Shown piece by piece: positions 42,527 through 52,700 of a stretch of DNA of 64,000 nt (position 1 is its first letter; each line of letters starts with the position of its first letter). A model generated the notes under the pieces. It did not search any database. It saw nothing but the letters and a program-made list of their open reading frames with translations, and was not told the origin of the DNA. Made by a program: the position numbers and the translations under genes. The DNA is taken from IMG/VR virus record IMGVR_UViG_3300007770_001284, positions 1-64,000 of that record, one strand, 5' to 3'.

Positions 42527-42991
42527 ATGCGTGGTATAAAGCACATCATAGAGTGTAGATGTATTTTGCCTACGTTAAAAAATAAGAAAGACCCACCATT
42601 ACATCAGTTTGTAGTTTTTTCTGTTATAGATGATAATGACAAGGTATGCGAAAAATATGCTCAATGTAATAATTGCGGCGTAGTACACAAAGTATACGAT
42701 TTATGCAAATCAGAAATTTTAGCATCAAGAGAAGAATTAAAGAGCGCGCTTACAATTGAAGATATTAAATTTACACTTCCAGAATCTGTCGCTGGCATTT
42801 TAGAAAATTATGAATGTGACTTACCAACATACGAGCATGTAAAATTTATGTACGATTTTAATGTAAAGGGCGAATTTACAATTTTGACAAAGGAACAAGA
42901 AGGCTCCAAAATAGAAGGAAAGATCCTTAGGTACAAAGAGGGAAAAACATTTTCCATAGAACCCTTTGTCTCCACCACTGAAATAAAATGA
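42527..42991 (+). CDS. hypothetical protein, possible zinc binder
   Basis: ECRC and CNNC. Confidence 0.75.
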   Translation: MRGIKHIIECRCILPTLKNKKDPPLHQFVVFSVIDDNDKVCEKYAQCNNCGVVHKVYDLCKSEILASREELKSALTIEDIKFTLPESVAGILENYECDLPTYEHVKFMYDFNVKGEFTILTKEQEGSKIEGKILRYKEGKTFSIEPFVSTTEIK

Positions 42992-43248
42992 AGACTATTA
43001 CCGAAAAAATCAAAGCAAAAAAAGATGCGGAATGGCTAAACGAAACCAAAGAATCTCGTGAAATTACAAAAGAAATTTTAAAATACGGTGTGTCTCAATC
43101 ACAGATAAAAACCATCATTAAGTTATTGGCGCTCGAACTTGAAGATGTTCCAACAATGAAAGCAATTTCAGAAATTTTATCTGAAAATGTTAACGAGCCG
43201 TTAGATACAGTTAATATACTTCAACCGGGAGGGAAAACAAATGAGTGA
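42988..43248 (+). CDS. hypothetical protein
   Basis: 86 aa; ATGA-coupled. Confidence 0.75.
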   Translation: MKTITEKIKAKKDAEWLNETKESREITKEILKYGVSQSQIKTIIKLLALELEDVPTMKAISEILSENVNEPLDTVNILQPGGKTNE

Positions 43249-43435
43249 TTCTAACAATATTCTTGAGAATTGGGAAAGCATTAAAGAGCTTGTAAATGCT
43301 TTGGAGCTTGACATTCATAAGAATGCGAATGGAAACAAGTCTGCTGGAGTCCGCGCAAGAAGAGGTCTTCGTCAACTTAAGAATGATGCTGGCTCTCTTG
43401 TTAAGTTGACGCTAAGCGTAGAAAAAGCAGATTAA
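43241..43435 (+). CDS. histone H1-like nucleoprotein Hc1 family
   Basis: GNKSAGVRARRGL matches the Hc1 signature GNKAAG.RAR. Confidence 0.8.
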   Translation: MSDSNNILENWESIKELVNALELDIHKNANGNKSAGVRARRGLRQLKNDAGSLVKLTLSVEKAD

Positions 43436-43467
43436 TCAAATTCTACCGTAGTATATCCTTTTAAGAG

Positions 43468-43492
43468 GGAGGGCTTTGCCCTCCTTTTTTTT
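43468..43492 (+). terminator. Rho-independent terminator between convergent genes
   Basis: GGAGGGC-TTT-GCCCTCC followed by a long T run. Confidence 0.85.
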
Positions 43493-43512
43493 GTTTTTTT
43501 GAAACGCAATAC

Positions 43513-43839
43513 TTAATGTTTGTGATGGGGGCCCTTAAATTCTTTGAGTGTTTTTGGGCCCGAGGTTTTCAAAAATTGCTTCGCTGCTTTCTCGATTTGA
43601 CAAATACGCATCCTGGTAACATTAAACATGTCTCCCACCTCTTGCAACGTAAACGGTCCGGTTCGCGCAGCCAGAATGATACAGTTATGATGCTTTTCAT
43701 TTTCCATGGCATGCCAATAACGACATGAAGTTTTTTCGCACATCTGACCCGCTTCTTTATGCGCCGCAAAGCAAGTCATACCCTCGATTATCTCAGGCTC
43801 ATCGATGTTATCATTTTTTAGTGAATCATTATTATCCAT
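43513..43839 (-). CDS. sigma-70 region 4 HTH protein with Cys-rich N-terminus
   Basis: FTLQEVGDMFNVTRMRICQIEKAA; Cys/His cluster upstream. Confidence 0.85.
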   Translation of the reverse strand: MDNNDSLKNDNIDEPEIIEGMTCFAAHKEAGQMCEKTSCRYWHAMENEKHHNCIILAARTGPFTLQEVGDMFNVTRMRICQIEKAAKQFLKTSGPKTLKEFKGPHHKH

Positions 43840-43909
43840 ATAGCTTCCTCTTAGTTCGATCTAACGTTATTCTAAAAGGAAACAATTGCATTTTTCAAGG
43901 AGAATAAAT

Positions 43910-45217
43910 TTGAAAGATAAAAGAAAGAGGTTTGTCTTAGACACGAGTGTATTGCTGTACGATAAAAAAGCCATCCATTCGTTCCCTGGAAATGATGTTA
44001 TCTTACCTCTACAAGTGATGGATGAGCTTGATAGATTTAAAGAAAAATCTGGAATTGTAGGAGAAGCAGCAAGATATATCAATCGATTTCTCGATGACTT
44101 GCGTGACATTGGGCGACTAGACGAAGGAGTGGAAGTACCTGATGAGTATTCAGAAAAACAAACAATTCGTATTACACTTAATGATAACAAGAGCATGTTA
44201 CCCCCCGGGTTAGCTCATGATAGCGGCGATAATATGATACTAGCCACATGTATGAATGAGAAGGCCAAGGGGGATGCAGATGCCATCGTGGTCATCACCA
44301 AGGACATCAACCTAAGGGTAAAGTGCGATGCACTTGGAATACGATCTGAGGACTATTACAAGGACCATATAGAAGTAGGTCAGGTGGAATATTCTGGATG
44401 GCGAAAGATTACGATCGTTAAAGAAGAGATTGATAATTTTTTCAAAAATGGTGTGATCGATATTGACGGAGATTTTTTCCCAAATGAGTTTGTTGTTTTA
44501 AGCGATGGTGGAAACTCATCAGCTTTGTCAATGCATCGTAAGGGACGTCTACACTCATTAGAATGTAAGCCGGCACCTATGATGTCAAATTTTGAAGCAA
44601 AAAATAAAGAGCAGGCTTTCGCGGCTGAGGCCTTGTTACGAAGTGATATTCCGTTAGTGAGCTTAACAGGTCTAGCAGGTTCCGGTAAAACCTACGTTGC
44701 GCTAATGGCTGGACTCGATGGAATTCAGCGCGGGAACTACGATCGTATTGTAATAAGTCGTTCTATCCAGCCCGTTGGTCGAGAACTCGGCTTTTTACCA
44801 GGAGATGTTGATGATAAAATGCAGCCCTGGCTGGCACCGATTTTAGATAATTTTCGAACTATGTTATCAGACAAAGATTACACATACTTCCAGTTGATGA
44901 AAGATCGTGGTGAGCTCGAGGTTGCGCCGCTGGCGTACATCCGCGGGCGAACATTCAACAACTCATTTATTATCGTTGATGAAGCACAGAATGCAACAAT
45001 CCACGAATTGAAAACCCTCATCACCAGGGTGGGGAAAAATTCAAAGATTGTTTTGCTAGGTGATACTGACCAGATAGATACACCGTATATAAATAAATTG
45101 AGCAATGGGTTGTCTATCGTAGTACATAAATTCAAAAATGAACCGGACGCTGCACACATCAAATTGGTAAGAGGTCAAAGATCAAATATAGCTTCTAGGG
45201 CTTCTGCTATTCTTTAA
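43910..45217 (+). CDS. phoH: PIN-PhoH protein (PhoH2/YlaK type)
   Basis: PIN FVLDTSVLLYD...D..IL...TKDINLR; GLAGSGKT, RGRTF, DEAQN, GD..QID; TTG start after AAGGAG. Confidence 0.92.
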   Translation: MKDKRKRFVLDTSVLLYDKKAIHSFPGNDVILPLQVMDELDRFKEKSGIVGEAARYINRFLDDLRDIGRLDEGVEVPDEYSEKQTIRITLNDNKSMLPPGLAHDSGDNMILATCMNEKAKGDADAIVVITKDINLRVKCDALGIRSEDYYKDHIEVGQVEYSGWRKITIVKEEIDNFFKNGVIDIDGDFFPNEFVVLSDGGNSSALSMHRKGRLHSLECKPAPMMSNFEAKNKEQAFAAEALLRSDIPLVSLTGLAGSGKTYVALMAGLDGIQRGNYDRIVISRSIQPVGRELGFLPGDVDDKMQPWLAPILDNFRTMLSDKDYTYFQLMKDRGELEVAPLAYIRGRTFNNSFIIVDEAQNATIHELKTLITRVGKNSKIVLLGDTDQIDTPYINKLSNGLSIVVHKFKNEPDAAHIKLVRGQRSNIASRASAIL

Positions 45218-45229
45218 CTTCTCGTTCAC

Positions 45230-45236
45230 ATATTTA
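45230..45236 (+). promoter_or_regulatory. ATANTTA motif, putative late promoter (one of several copies)
   Basis: ATATTTA 15 nt upstream of 45252; also at 7853, 17897, 19945, 35274, 35736, and on the minus strand at 31034. Confidence 0.4.
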
Positions 45237-45251
45237 GTTCAGAGGTGGTTT

Positions 45252-45611
45252 ATGTCTAGCGCACGCACTAAGAAATATAATAGGAATAGATACAGGAAAA
45301 CCTACCAACCCGTGCGTGCATTGCCCGTTTGGGGGATTCATTCTGATAAGGAAATCGTATTAGAGACGTTGCGCGTTTCGTTTAAGGGCTTAGACGAAAT
45401 TACCTTTACTCTTAACGGAAGATACAGCAGTCTACCAGGTATTGTGGTAACACCCATCGGTTCGACAGCTGATCTTGGAGACGTCAACATCTTCATCTCT
45501 TCGTTAACACTTGGTAGCGTACCATCGGGCGGAGGAAAATCCGTGTCGGTAGTACTGGGCGCGAGCACTCATTTCGAGGGTGACGTTTTCGTACAGGCAT
45601 TAATGATATGA
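45252..45611 (+). CDS. hypothetical (virion-associated?) protein
   Basis: 119 aa; P.IV.TPIG motif shared with the N-terminus of the next gene. Confidence 0.75.
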   Translation: MSSARTKKYNRNRYRKTYQPVRALPVWGIHSDKEIVLETLRVSFKGLDEITFTLNGRYSSLPGIVVTPIGSTADLGDVNIFISSLTLGSVPSGGGKSVSVVLGASTHFEGDVFVQALMI

Positions 45612-46723
45612 TATTTAATCAAACAGACCACATCATTGCCCACGGCTCCTTTGAGATTCTAGATGAATACGATAGCGTGAGTTTTTATGTACCGGGTTAT
45701 AAAAATTCAATGCCGTCGCTAGTGCTGACGCCCATTGGGACGAATGCTAATGTGAACGTCTTTGTTGATGAGTCGGCAACAGCTTACACGACATCGACAT
45801 ACGATCTCACAAAACCCTTTTTCAGCAAAGATGGTGAGCCCTTCAACCTGTACGATCCCAATACTGCCGCCTGGGCCGATGATGACTACCCGCACAAGGG
45901 TACGCTGGTGGCCTGGTGGCGGCTAAATGAAGATATAACAGGTGACGGTATAGCCAAGGACAGCGGAGCGAATGGCGCATATGATGGATCACAACCTACA
46001 TCCGCCGATCGACCAACATTTTCTCAGACATTGTTTCCATCTCGTTATGTCCAGAGTGGTAGTTGTACATTTGACGGTACAACAGACCATATCGAACTTG
46101 GTGGTTTCTGGGATAGTATTATAGGAAACGGCACCAATGGAACGTCGCAAATGACGTTTTCAGCTTGGGTCTATCGCGACATCACCGCTAGTGGTACTCA
46201 GACCATCATCTCGTTCGGTGGGACAGACGTGCTGCTCTATCTGAGCGGCGAAGACGTCAAATTCTACACCCTCTGGGGATCAGGTCCCTCCGCGGTTACG
46301 TGGGAAGCGACTTCATATGTGGTGCCTATCAATACATGGACTCATGTGGTCGTGACATATGACGCCACCGACGCAACCAATAATCCACGCATTTATATCG
46401 ATGGAAATCTCAGCAACGCTACCGAAACTGGGACTACCCCAGTTGCCCCTTGGTACGGTATCGTTGGGGATTCCTATATTGGCGCGTACTCCGCAACCCC
46501 AGCCGGACCGTGGAACGGCCAGATAGCTGACGTTGCCGTATGGAACTCAATCTTGACGGGAACACAAATAAAGGCAATCTACAACGCTAGCATAGCGGGT
46601 ATCGAGCCCAGCGAGGGATGGTCATTTACAGTGAGACGCTCTTCCGATGTCGGTAACCAAACTATTCATTGGCAATCAATTGCCCCGGACGGCATAAGAG
46701 CCCCCAACATTAGGTCAATATAA
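45608..46723 (+). CDS. LamG / concanavalin A-like lectin domain protein
   Basis: LVAWWRLNE, MTFSAWVY, WTHVVVTYD, IYIDG, WNGQIADVAVWNSILT..QI.AIYN. Confidence 0.88.
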   Translation: MIFNQTDHIIAHGSFEILDEYDSVSFYVPGYKNSMPSLVLTPIGTNANVNVFVDESATAYTTSTYDLTKPFFSKDGEPFNLYDPNTAAWADDDYPHKGTLVAWWRLNEDITGDGIAKDSGANGAYDGSQPTSADRPTFSQTLFPSRYVQSGSCTFDGTTDHIELGGFWDSIIGNGTNGTSQMTFSAWVYRDITASGTQTIISFGGTDVLLYLSGEDVKFYTLWGSGPSAVTWEATSYVVPINTWTHVVVTYDATDATNNPRIYIDGNLSNATETGTTPVAPWYGIVGDSYIGAYSATPAGPWNGQIADVAVWNSILTGTQIKAIYNASIAGIEPSEGWSFTVRRSSDVGNQTIHWQSIAPDGIRAPNIRSI

Positions 46724-46724
46724 G

Positions 46725-49700
46725 ATGGCAAAAGACTTTCGCACAAATCAGATTAGAACCTCAACGATCATCGGTTCCGGATCGCTCAGCACAGCAACAC
46801 CATCAGGTCATCAGGTTGGGTTAGTAATATGTAGCGGCTCGGGCGCATCGGATTTCGATGGAGGATATGTAGACCCCAATATACTCAAGTTCGTAGGCGA
46901 TGATGTCTGGATGGTCGTTAGTGGTACAGCTGACCATACTTCGTATATGGCAGAACAAAAACCTGCTGGTGGGTCTGTCTTGTTCCTGGGTGACGTCGTA
47001 GTTAGCGGAACGCTGTGGGCTGAAAGAAGCGTCATCGAAGTTGACAACCAAGTTATCGGTGACATGATGGTACCGAACGCGTTGGTGGCCGGCACCGAAC
47101 CTGAGGATCTAGCGGGTGGGGTAGCAGCCAAACTTCTTGTCGATCCGTTCACAACGAACGCAGGAGGAACTGGAACGCAGGATGGTACAGTATCGTTCAA
47201 TATCGTTACAGCGCCCGGCGCTGGTGTCGCTTGGAGATACGACGGCACATTAAAGACAGACGTTTTCTTCCACGTTTCAGGTAGCCGTGACGTAAGGAAT
47301 ACTAACAATAGGGGTCTTGCACTGTTCGACGGTGACGTGCACGTCTCAGGTAACTTCAGTGTCGATGAAGGCGGTACCTTCACCACAGACATTATTCTCG
47401 ATAACGATACGACCGCCCCTCCTGTCATAAAGCATGCTAAGGATTACGGCGGCAGTGGTGAGGTGGTCTATAGCGAGTACGCGATTAGAAACGTGGACTC
47501 CGGTCCGAGCTGGTGGCATCTCGACATTGTACACTCTGGAGCGAATGCTTCTCCCAGCGGCATAGACTCTGGCATAAGACTGAAGGTAAACGACGGTGCT
47601 ACAGATCTTGCAGATCGATCGGCATTCGTTGTATCAGCATCAGGTGATATTGCCATTGACCCAGGGAAAGAGATAAGGTTCGCTGGCAGAAGCGGCGGGT
47701 ATGGACCACATATCGAATATAATGTGCCAGATAGTTCCTCACCGACCAATTACGCCAATGGGCAACTTGCCTTTAAGCATTATTATTCATCACTTGACAC
47801 CCCAACATCATTCAACTTTACGGGTGGTGTAGTAACAGCGTCGAATGGAATTTACTTACCTGATGCGGATACATTTGGAGGTGATTATATCGCCTCGGCC
47901 CGAGGGCAAACTCGGGGAATTATGTTCGCGGGTAGCTCTGGAGACGACGGTGATGGAGTCGGCCCAGGCGATGCAGGGATATATTACAACGAAGATAACC
48001 TAGTAAATGAAGTCTTGGGCGGAACTTATAACACTCTGTGCATGGTCGCGTCGAATACCGGCTCCAACATCCATATCGAAGCTGGAAATTATTTAACCTT
48101 ACGTGCCGGAACGCGCGCTGAGCCGGGTGATATCGAGATCAGTGGTTCGAATGACATGTGGCTCAGGGCCCTCGGGTCACTTAGGGCAGATGTTGAAACA
48201 AATATACTCATGGTTCCGCAAGGTTACACAACTTTTGCGGGGGATCTTGCCGCTGTTCCTACCCCACAAGGTGACGTCAAGTTCTTTGTTTCAGGTGCGG
48301 TTGGTGGAAAACATGGGGGATCAAGAAGCATAGCGCTATTCGGTGGGGACCTTGTCACGAGTGGAGTCCTTTATGTTGATGGTACCACAGGCGACGGCGG
48401 CGCTCCTGTTTACGGTGGTTCTGCTCTGGTCCTGCGTGGGGGTATTACATGGGATATGAGCGGATCGACGGATCCCGATGGAGATTCCTGGATATGGGAA
48501 AATAGTGACGATCTCTTTGTGAAGGGGAGAGACCACCTCTATCTTCATGCTTCAGGTACTGCTGGTTCTGGTACCGTAACAGTGTCTGGATCGGTTGCTG
48601 ATGTCTATGCCGCGGCGGGTAGTGCTACGGTAAGCGGTTCTAATCAAGTTATCCTCCTCGCTGGTAATGATGTACTCTCTACAGCGGCCGATGACCATGT
48701 GTTCATAAGCGGTGAAACGGCATTCTTTGCAGGTGACGACAAGTCGGTTCCTGTCGCTGCTAGCGATGTTCACTTCTTAGTCTCTGGCTCGCTAAATACA
48801 AGACATACCTCAACGAGGGGTACAGCATTATTCACCGGTGATCTTGTCACGAGTGGAGTCCTTTATGCTGACGGTGCTATCACTGATGGTGGCGCACCTG
48901 GATATGGTGGATCCAGTTTGGTCCTCCGTAACGGAATCGCATGGGATGTATCGGGTTCTGCTGGAGACAATGGTCAAGCCTGGTTGTGGGAATTTGGCGA
49001 TGTTCTTTACTTGAAGGGCAAAGATGGTGTAACTCTCCACGCATCTGGTACAGACGGTTCTGGAACAGCAAATATAAGCGGATCAATTGTCAATGTTTAT
49101 GCAGGCGCAGGGAGTGCTACTTTAAGCTCATCTCTAGATACCTTCATCAAGTCTGGCGATGATATTGTACTGTCGGCATCTGACAAGATCTTCATGTATC
49201 CCGAAGGCGGAAAGATCTACGCGGCAGAGAATACAGCTGTTGGCTACAATCAGTGCACAATTGATTTAACAGTTCCTGCCTTCCAACTGAGAGCCTCAGA
49301 CTCAGATTATTTCCAGATTGATGTGGGCGCTGATGGTAGCACCATATTCACTACGGTGGATGGAGACGCCAATGCGGCGAACTTGACCATGAACGTCGAT
49401 GGTGCCGTTGACATAAACGCAGTGAGTAATGTGACACTTGACGTTTCGGCCGGCCCTATCTCAATCGGAACTACTGCAGTTGCGCAACAAATAACAATCG
49501 GTGGAGACACCAGCACCCGGACCGAGATTGAGCTGAACGCGATAGCTATAGACGTTAATGCCGGAAGCGGCGGTGTAGACATCGGAGCGGGTGGTGACAT
49601 AACGTTAAGCGGCTCCGGCGATCTGGAGCTAATCGGAACCACCGGCGTTACGATTCGGGGTGATGTATCACTAACAGACAACCTAACTGTATTTGGTGAT

Positions 49701-52700
49701 TTCATTAAGGGTCACGTCATATCAGCATCGATCCAGGATCCAGTTCTTCTATTGAACTCTGGATCACTCACCAGTAATTCTGGTGGTGGTATCGCCATTG
49801 CATCTGGATCAAACATCGCCAATGTAGCATTAGTGTTTGGACGTGATGTAAGCAATAACAATTCCTTTCTGGCTGGTCGATTAGATGTCCAAGACGGTGA
49901 TGAGATAGATTTCACCGGAGCAGTTCCGGTGGATCTCAGAGCGGCGGGTCTACGAATAAGAAACATGCTATTCGTAACTTCGAGTCATGGTAGCGGTGGT
50001 GGTAACTTCGATATTGATGTTAATAACCCTACCGATGGGAAGCTTACAGTCTATACAGGCGATGGCAGCTTACTTCTTTCATCGTCGGGTGGTAACGCTG
50101 CTCTTGAATCTAGCGGTGGAACAGCTAGTCTAAGCGCTTCTGCAGACACGAACGTCGTCGCGGGGCAAGACGTTAAGATTAAGTCGACAAGAGCCGTAAG
50201 AGTTATGGGTAACGAGGCCGGGAACAGCCACCCGTCGCTTAAGCCTGACATCGCATTCTACGTTTCTGGAGCAATCGGCTCTCAAGGTGGGGCAACAAGA
50301 GGCACCTCGGTTTTCGGTGGGGATCTTGTCATCAGTGGAAACACTCACACAGAAAACATCTACGCTGGGGAGTACATCTACCACAGAGATGATGACGATA
50401 CGTTTATAAGACTCCAGGGCGACGACGTCATGGTTAACGTAGGCGGAACTACTTTCATAAAGATGTCCGAGCTTGCGGCTGCACAAGACAAGGTCGTTAT
50501 AAACGGTGGTCAGAGTGATATAGACTTTAGAGTCGCTTCGGTAAATCGGTCTGGGGCATTGCTCGTCGACGCAGCCGCGGATCAGGTCCTTATATTATCT
50601 GGCGGTGGAGACTCTTCTGCTAACGAGGCGAATTATTCTGACACCGCGTTCTTTGTCTCTGGTAGTGTGGGCTCTAAGGACGGCGGTAGCAAAGGCGCGG
50701 CGCTGTTCGGCGGAGATCTCGCTACCAGCGGTGCGCTCTATATCATGGGTAGCGTATCCGACGGGGCTGGTGATGCAAGCTTAGTGCTTTCAAATGGAAT
50801 CACTTGGAACCTCGACTCAAGTGGTGTCGGTGACGCGTGGATATACGAAGATTCCAACGATCTTTTTGTGAAGGGTCGCGACGATCTATACCTCCACGCA
50901 TCAGGTGCTGCTGGCTCTCTTGGGACAATGCAACTCTCTGGCTCTGTGGTGAATATATTTGCTGGCGCTGGCGACGTTGCAGTCAGCGGATCTGACGATA
51001 TTTCATTGCAGGCTGGCGATTATATGTTCACAACAGTCGCTCAGGCGGCGCTCTTTAACGGAGGCGGCAGAACAGGTTTTGACGCGGTGGGCTCAGATAC
51101 GGTCTTCTTTGTTTCGGGCGCGATTGGTTCGAAAGATGGGACGACAAGAGGGACGACAGTCGTCGGTGGAGACCTGGTCGTTTCGGGCGCAATATCTCTC
51201 CTGACAGATATCTCGCTAGGCGACGGTGTGGACCTTGCCCTAGACGCTGGTGATAAATTTTACTTCAACGGTCTTAGCGGTGATCAATTTATTACTGGAG
51301 ACGGCACCACTCTTACGATCGATGGTGATGACACCGTCACAGTGGACTACGATGTCGACACTAATTTCCAGCGCGGTGGTGTCGCACAGCTCACCATGGG
51401 CAGCTCAGGCTTTGTATGGAACGAAGATGGACTGGCGGGGACCGCTGTAGACTTTAGGGTAGAGTCGAACACAAGAGAAGGTGCAATATTCATTGACGCT
51501 TCTGAAGATCAAGTGCTTATTTTGTCTGGTGGGGGTGACTCATCAGATAATGAAGCCTCCTATACTGATACTGCGTTCTTTGTCTCCGGTAGTGTTGGGT
51601 CGAAGGGCGGTGGAAGCAAGGGCGCGGCCCTCTTCGGAGGAGATCTTGTTCTTAGTGGAAATCTCCACGCGGCCGAATACATCTATCATGATGGAGACGA
51701 TGACACTTTCCTAAGACTCCAGGCTGACAATATCATTGCGAATGTGGGTGGCTTGCAATTCTTGAAGATGAAGGAAGCAAGTCAGGATGAATTCGTCATT
51801 AACGAGGGCGCAAATGATATAGATTTCCGAGTTCAATCATCCAACCTCCAGGGAATGTTACTGTTAGATGCTGCCGAGGACCAGCTTCTGCTTGGTACAA
51901 ATTCCACCGATGCAAGTGGTGAAAGTCTTGGCACTGATACGAATATATTCATATCAGGATCGATCGATTCTATGGATTCCACGACAAAGGGAACCGCGGT
52001 ATTCGGTGGAGACCTCTATGTATCAGGTACAGCCAACCTACAAGCAGTGCAGCTTGGTAACCTTACTCTCACAAACACAAACGCATATCTCAGATTCTAT
52101 GACACGGATCATTACGTAAGAAAGAATGGCACGAATGTAGAATTTAGAGACTCGGCTGGAGGAACCACTTACACACTCACTCAGCTTGCAGCACTTTCCG
52201 TCACGGACAACACAGATGTATTCTCCATCACTCATGGTGTGCCGTCATACGTCGTTACGACTGGGTCGTTCTCCTTCGACACAGATGGGAGGCCCACCAA
52301 CTACACACCCGGTGCGGGGGGGCCAGGAGCCGACACATATTTCTTCATAAGCGGCTCGAAGGGTGTGAAAGATACCGCCACTCGGGGGGCTGCTGTCTTT
52401 GGTGGCGATACACTTACATCTGGAACGATATATCTCGGTAAGCAATCCGCTGATGATGCGCCTTCGACAGTCACAGCTAACGCAATCGCACTCTACGCTT
52501 CTGCTAGCGCAGGTGTTACTCAACTCTACTTTAGAAACTCAGTGACCGAAACAAAGATCGGTTCAGGCGGCAGCCTTGACGACGCGTATGACACCCCCGC
52601 GGGCGGAGGGTCGCCAAGTACGGGTGCCGGCGCAGTTATAACAGTCGATGGACAACCAGTTCAGTTTGTTAATACCGGAACAAATATAGCAGTTGCAATA

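Noticed and set aside
43509-43728. ATACTTA plus + strand ORF 43516..43728
   Set aside because: The motif coincides with the stop codon of the minus-strand sigma-region-4 gene, and the ORF is its antisense shadow.
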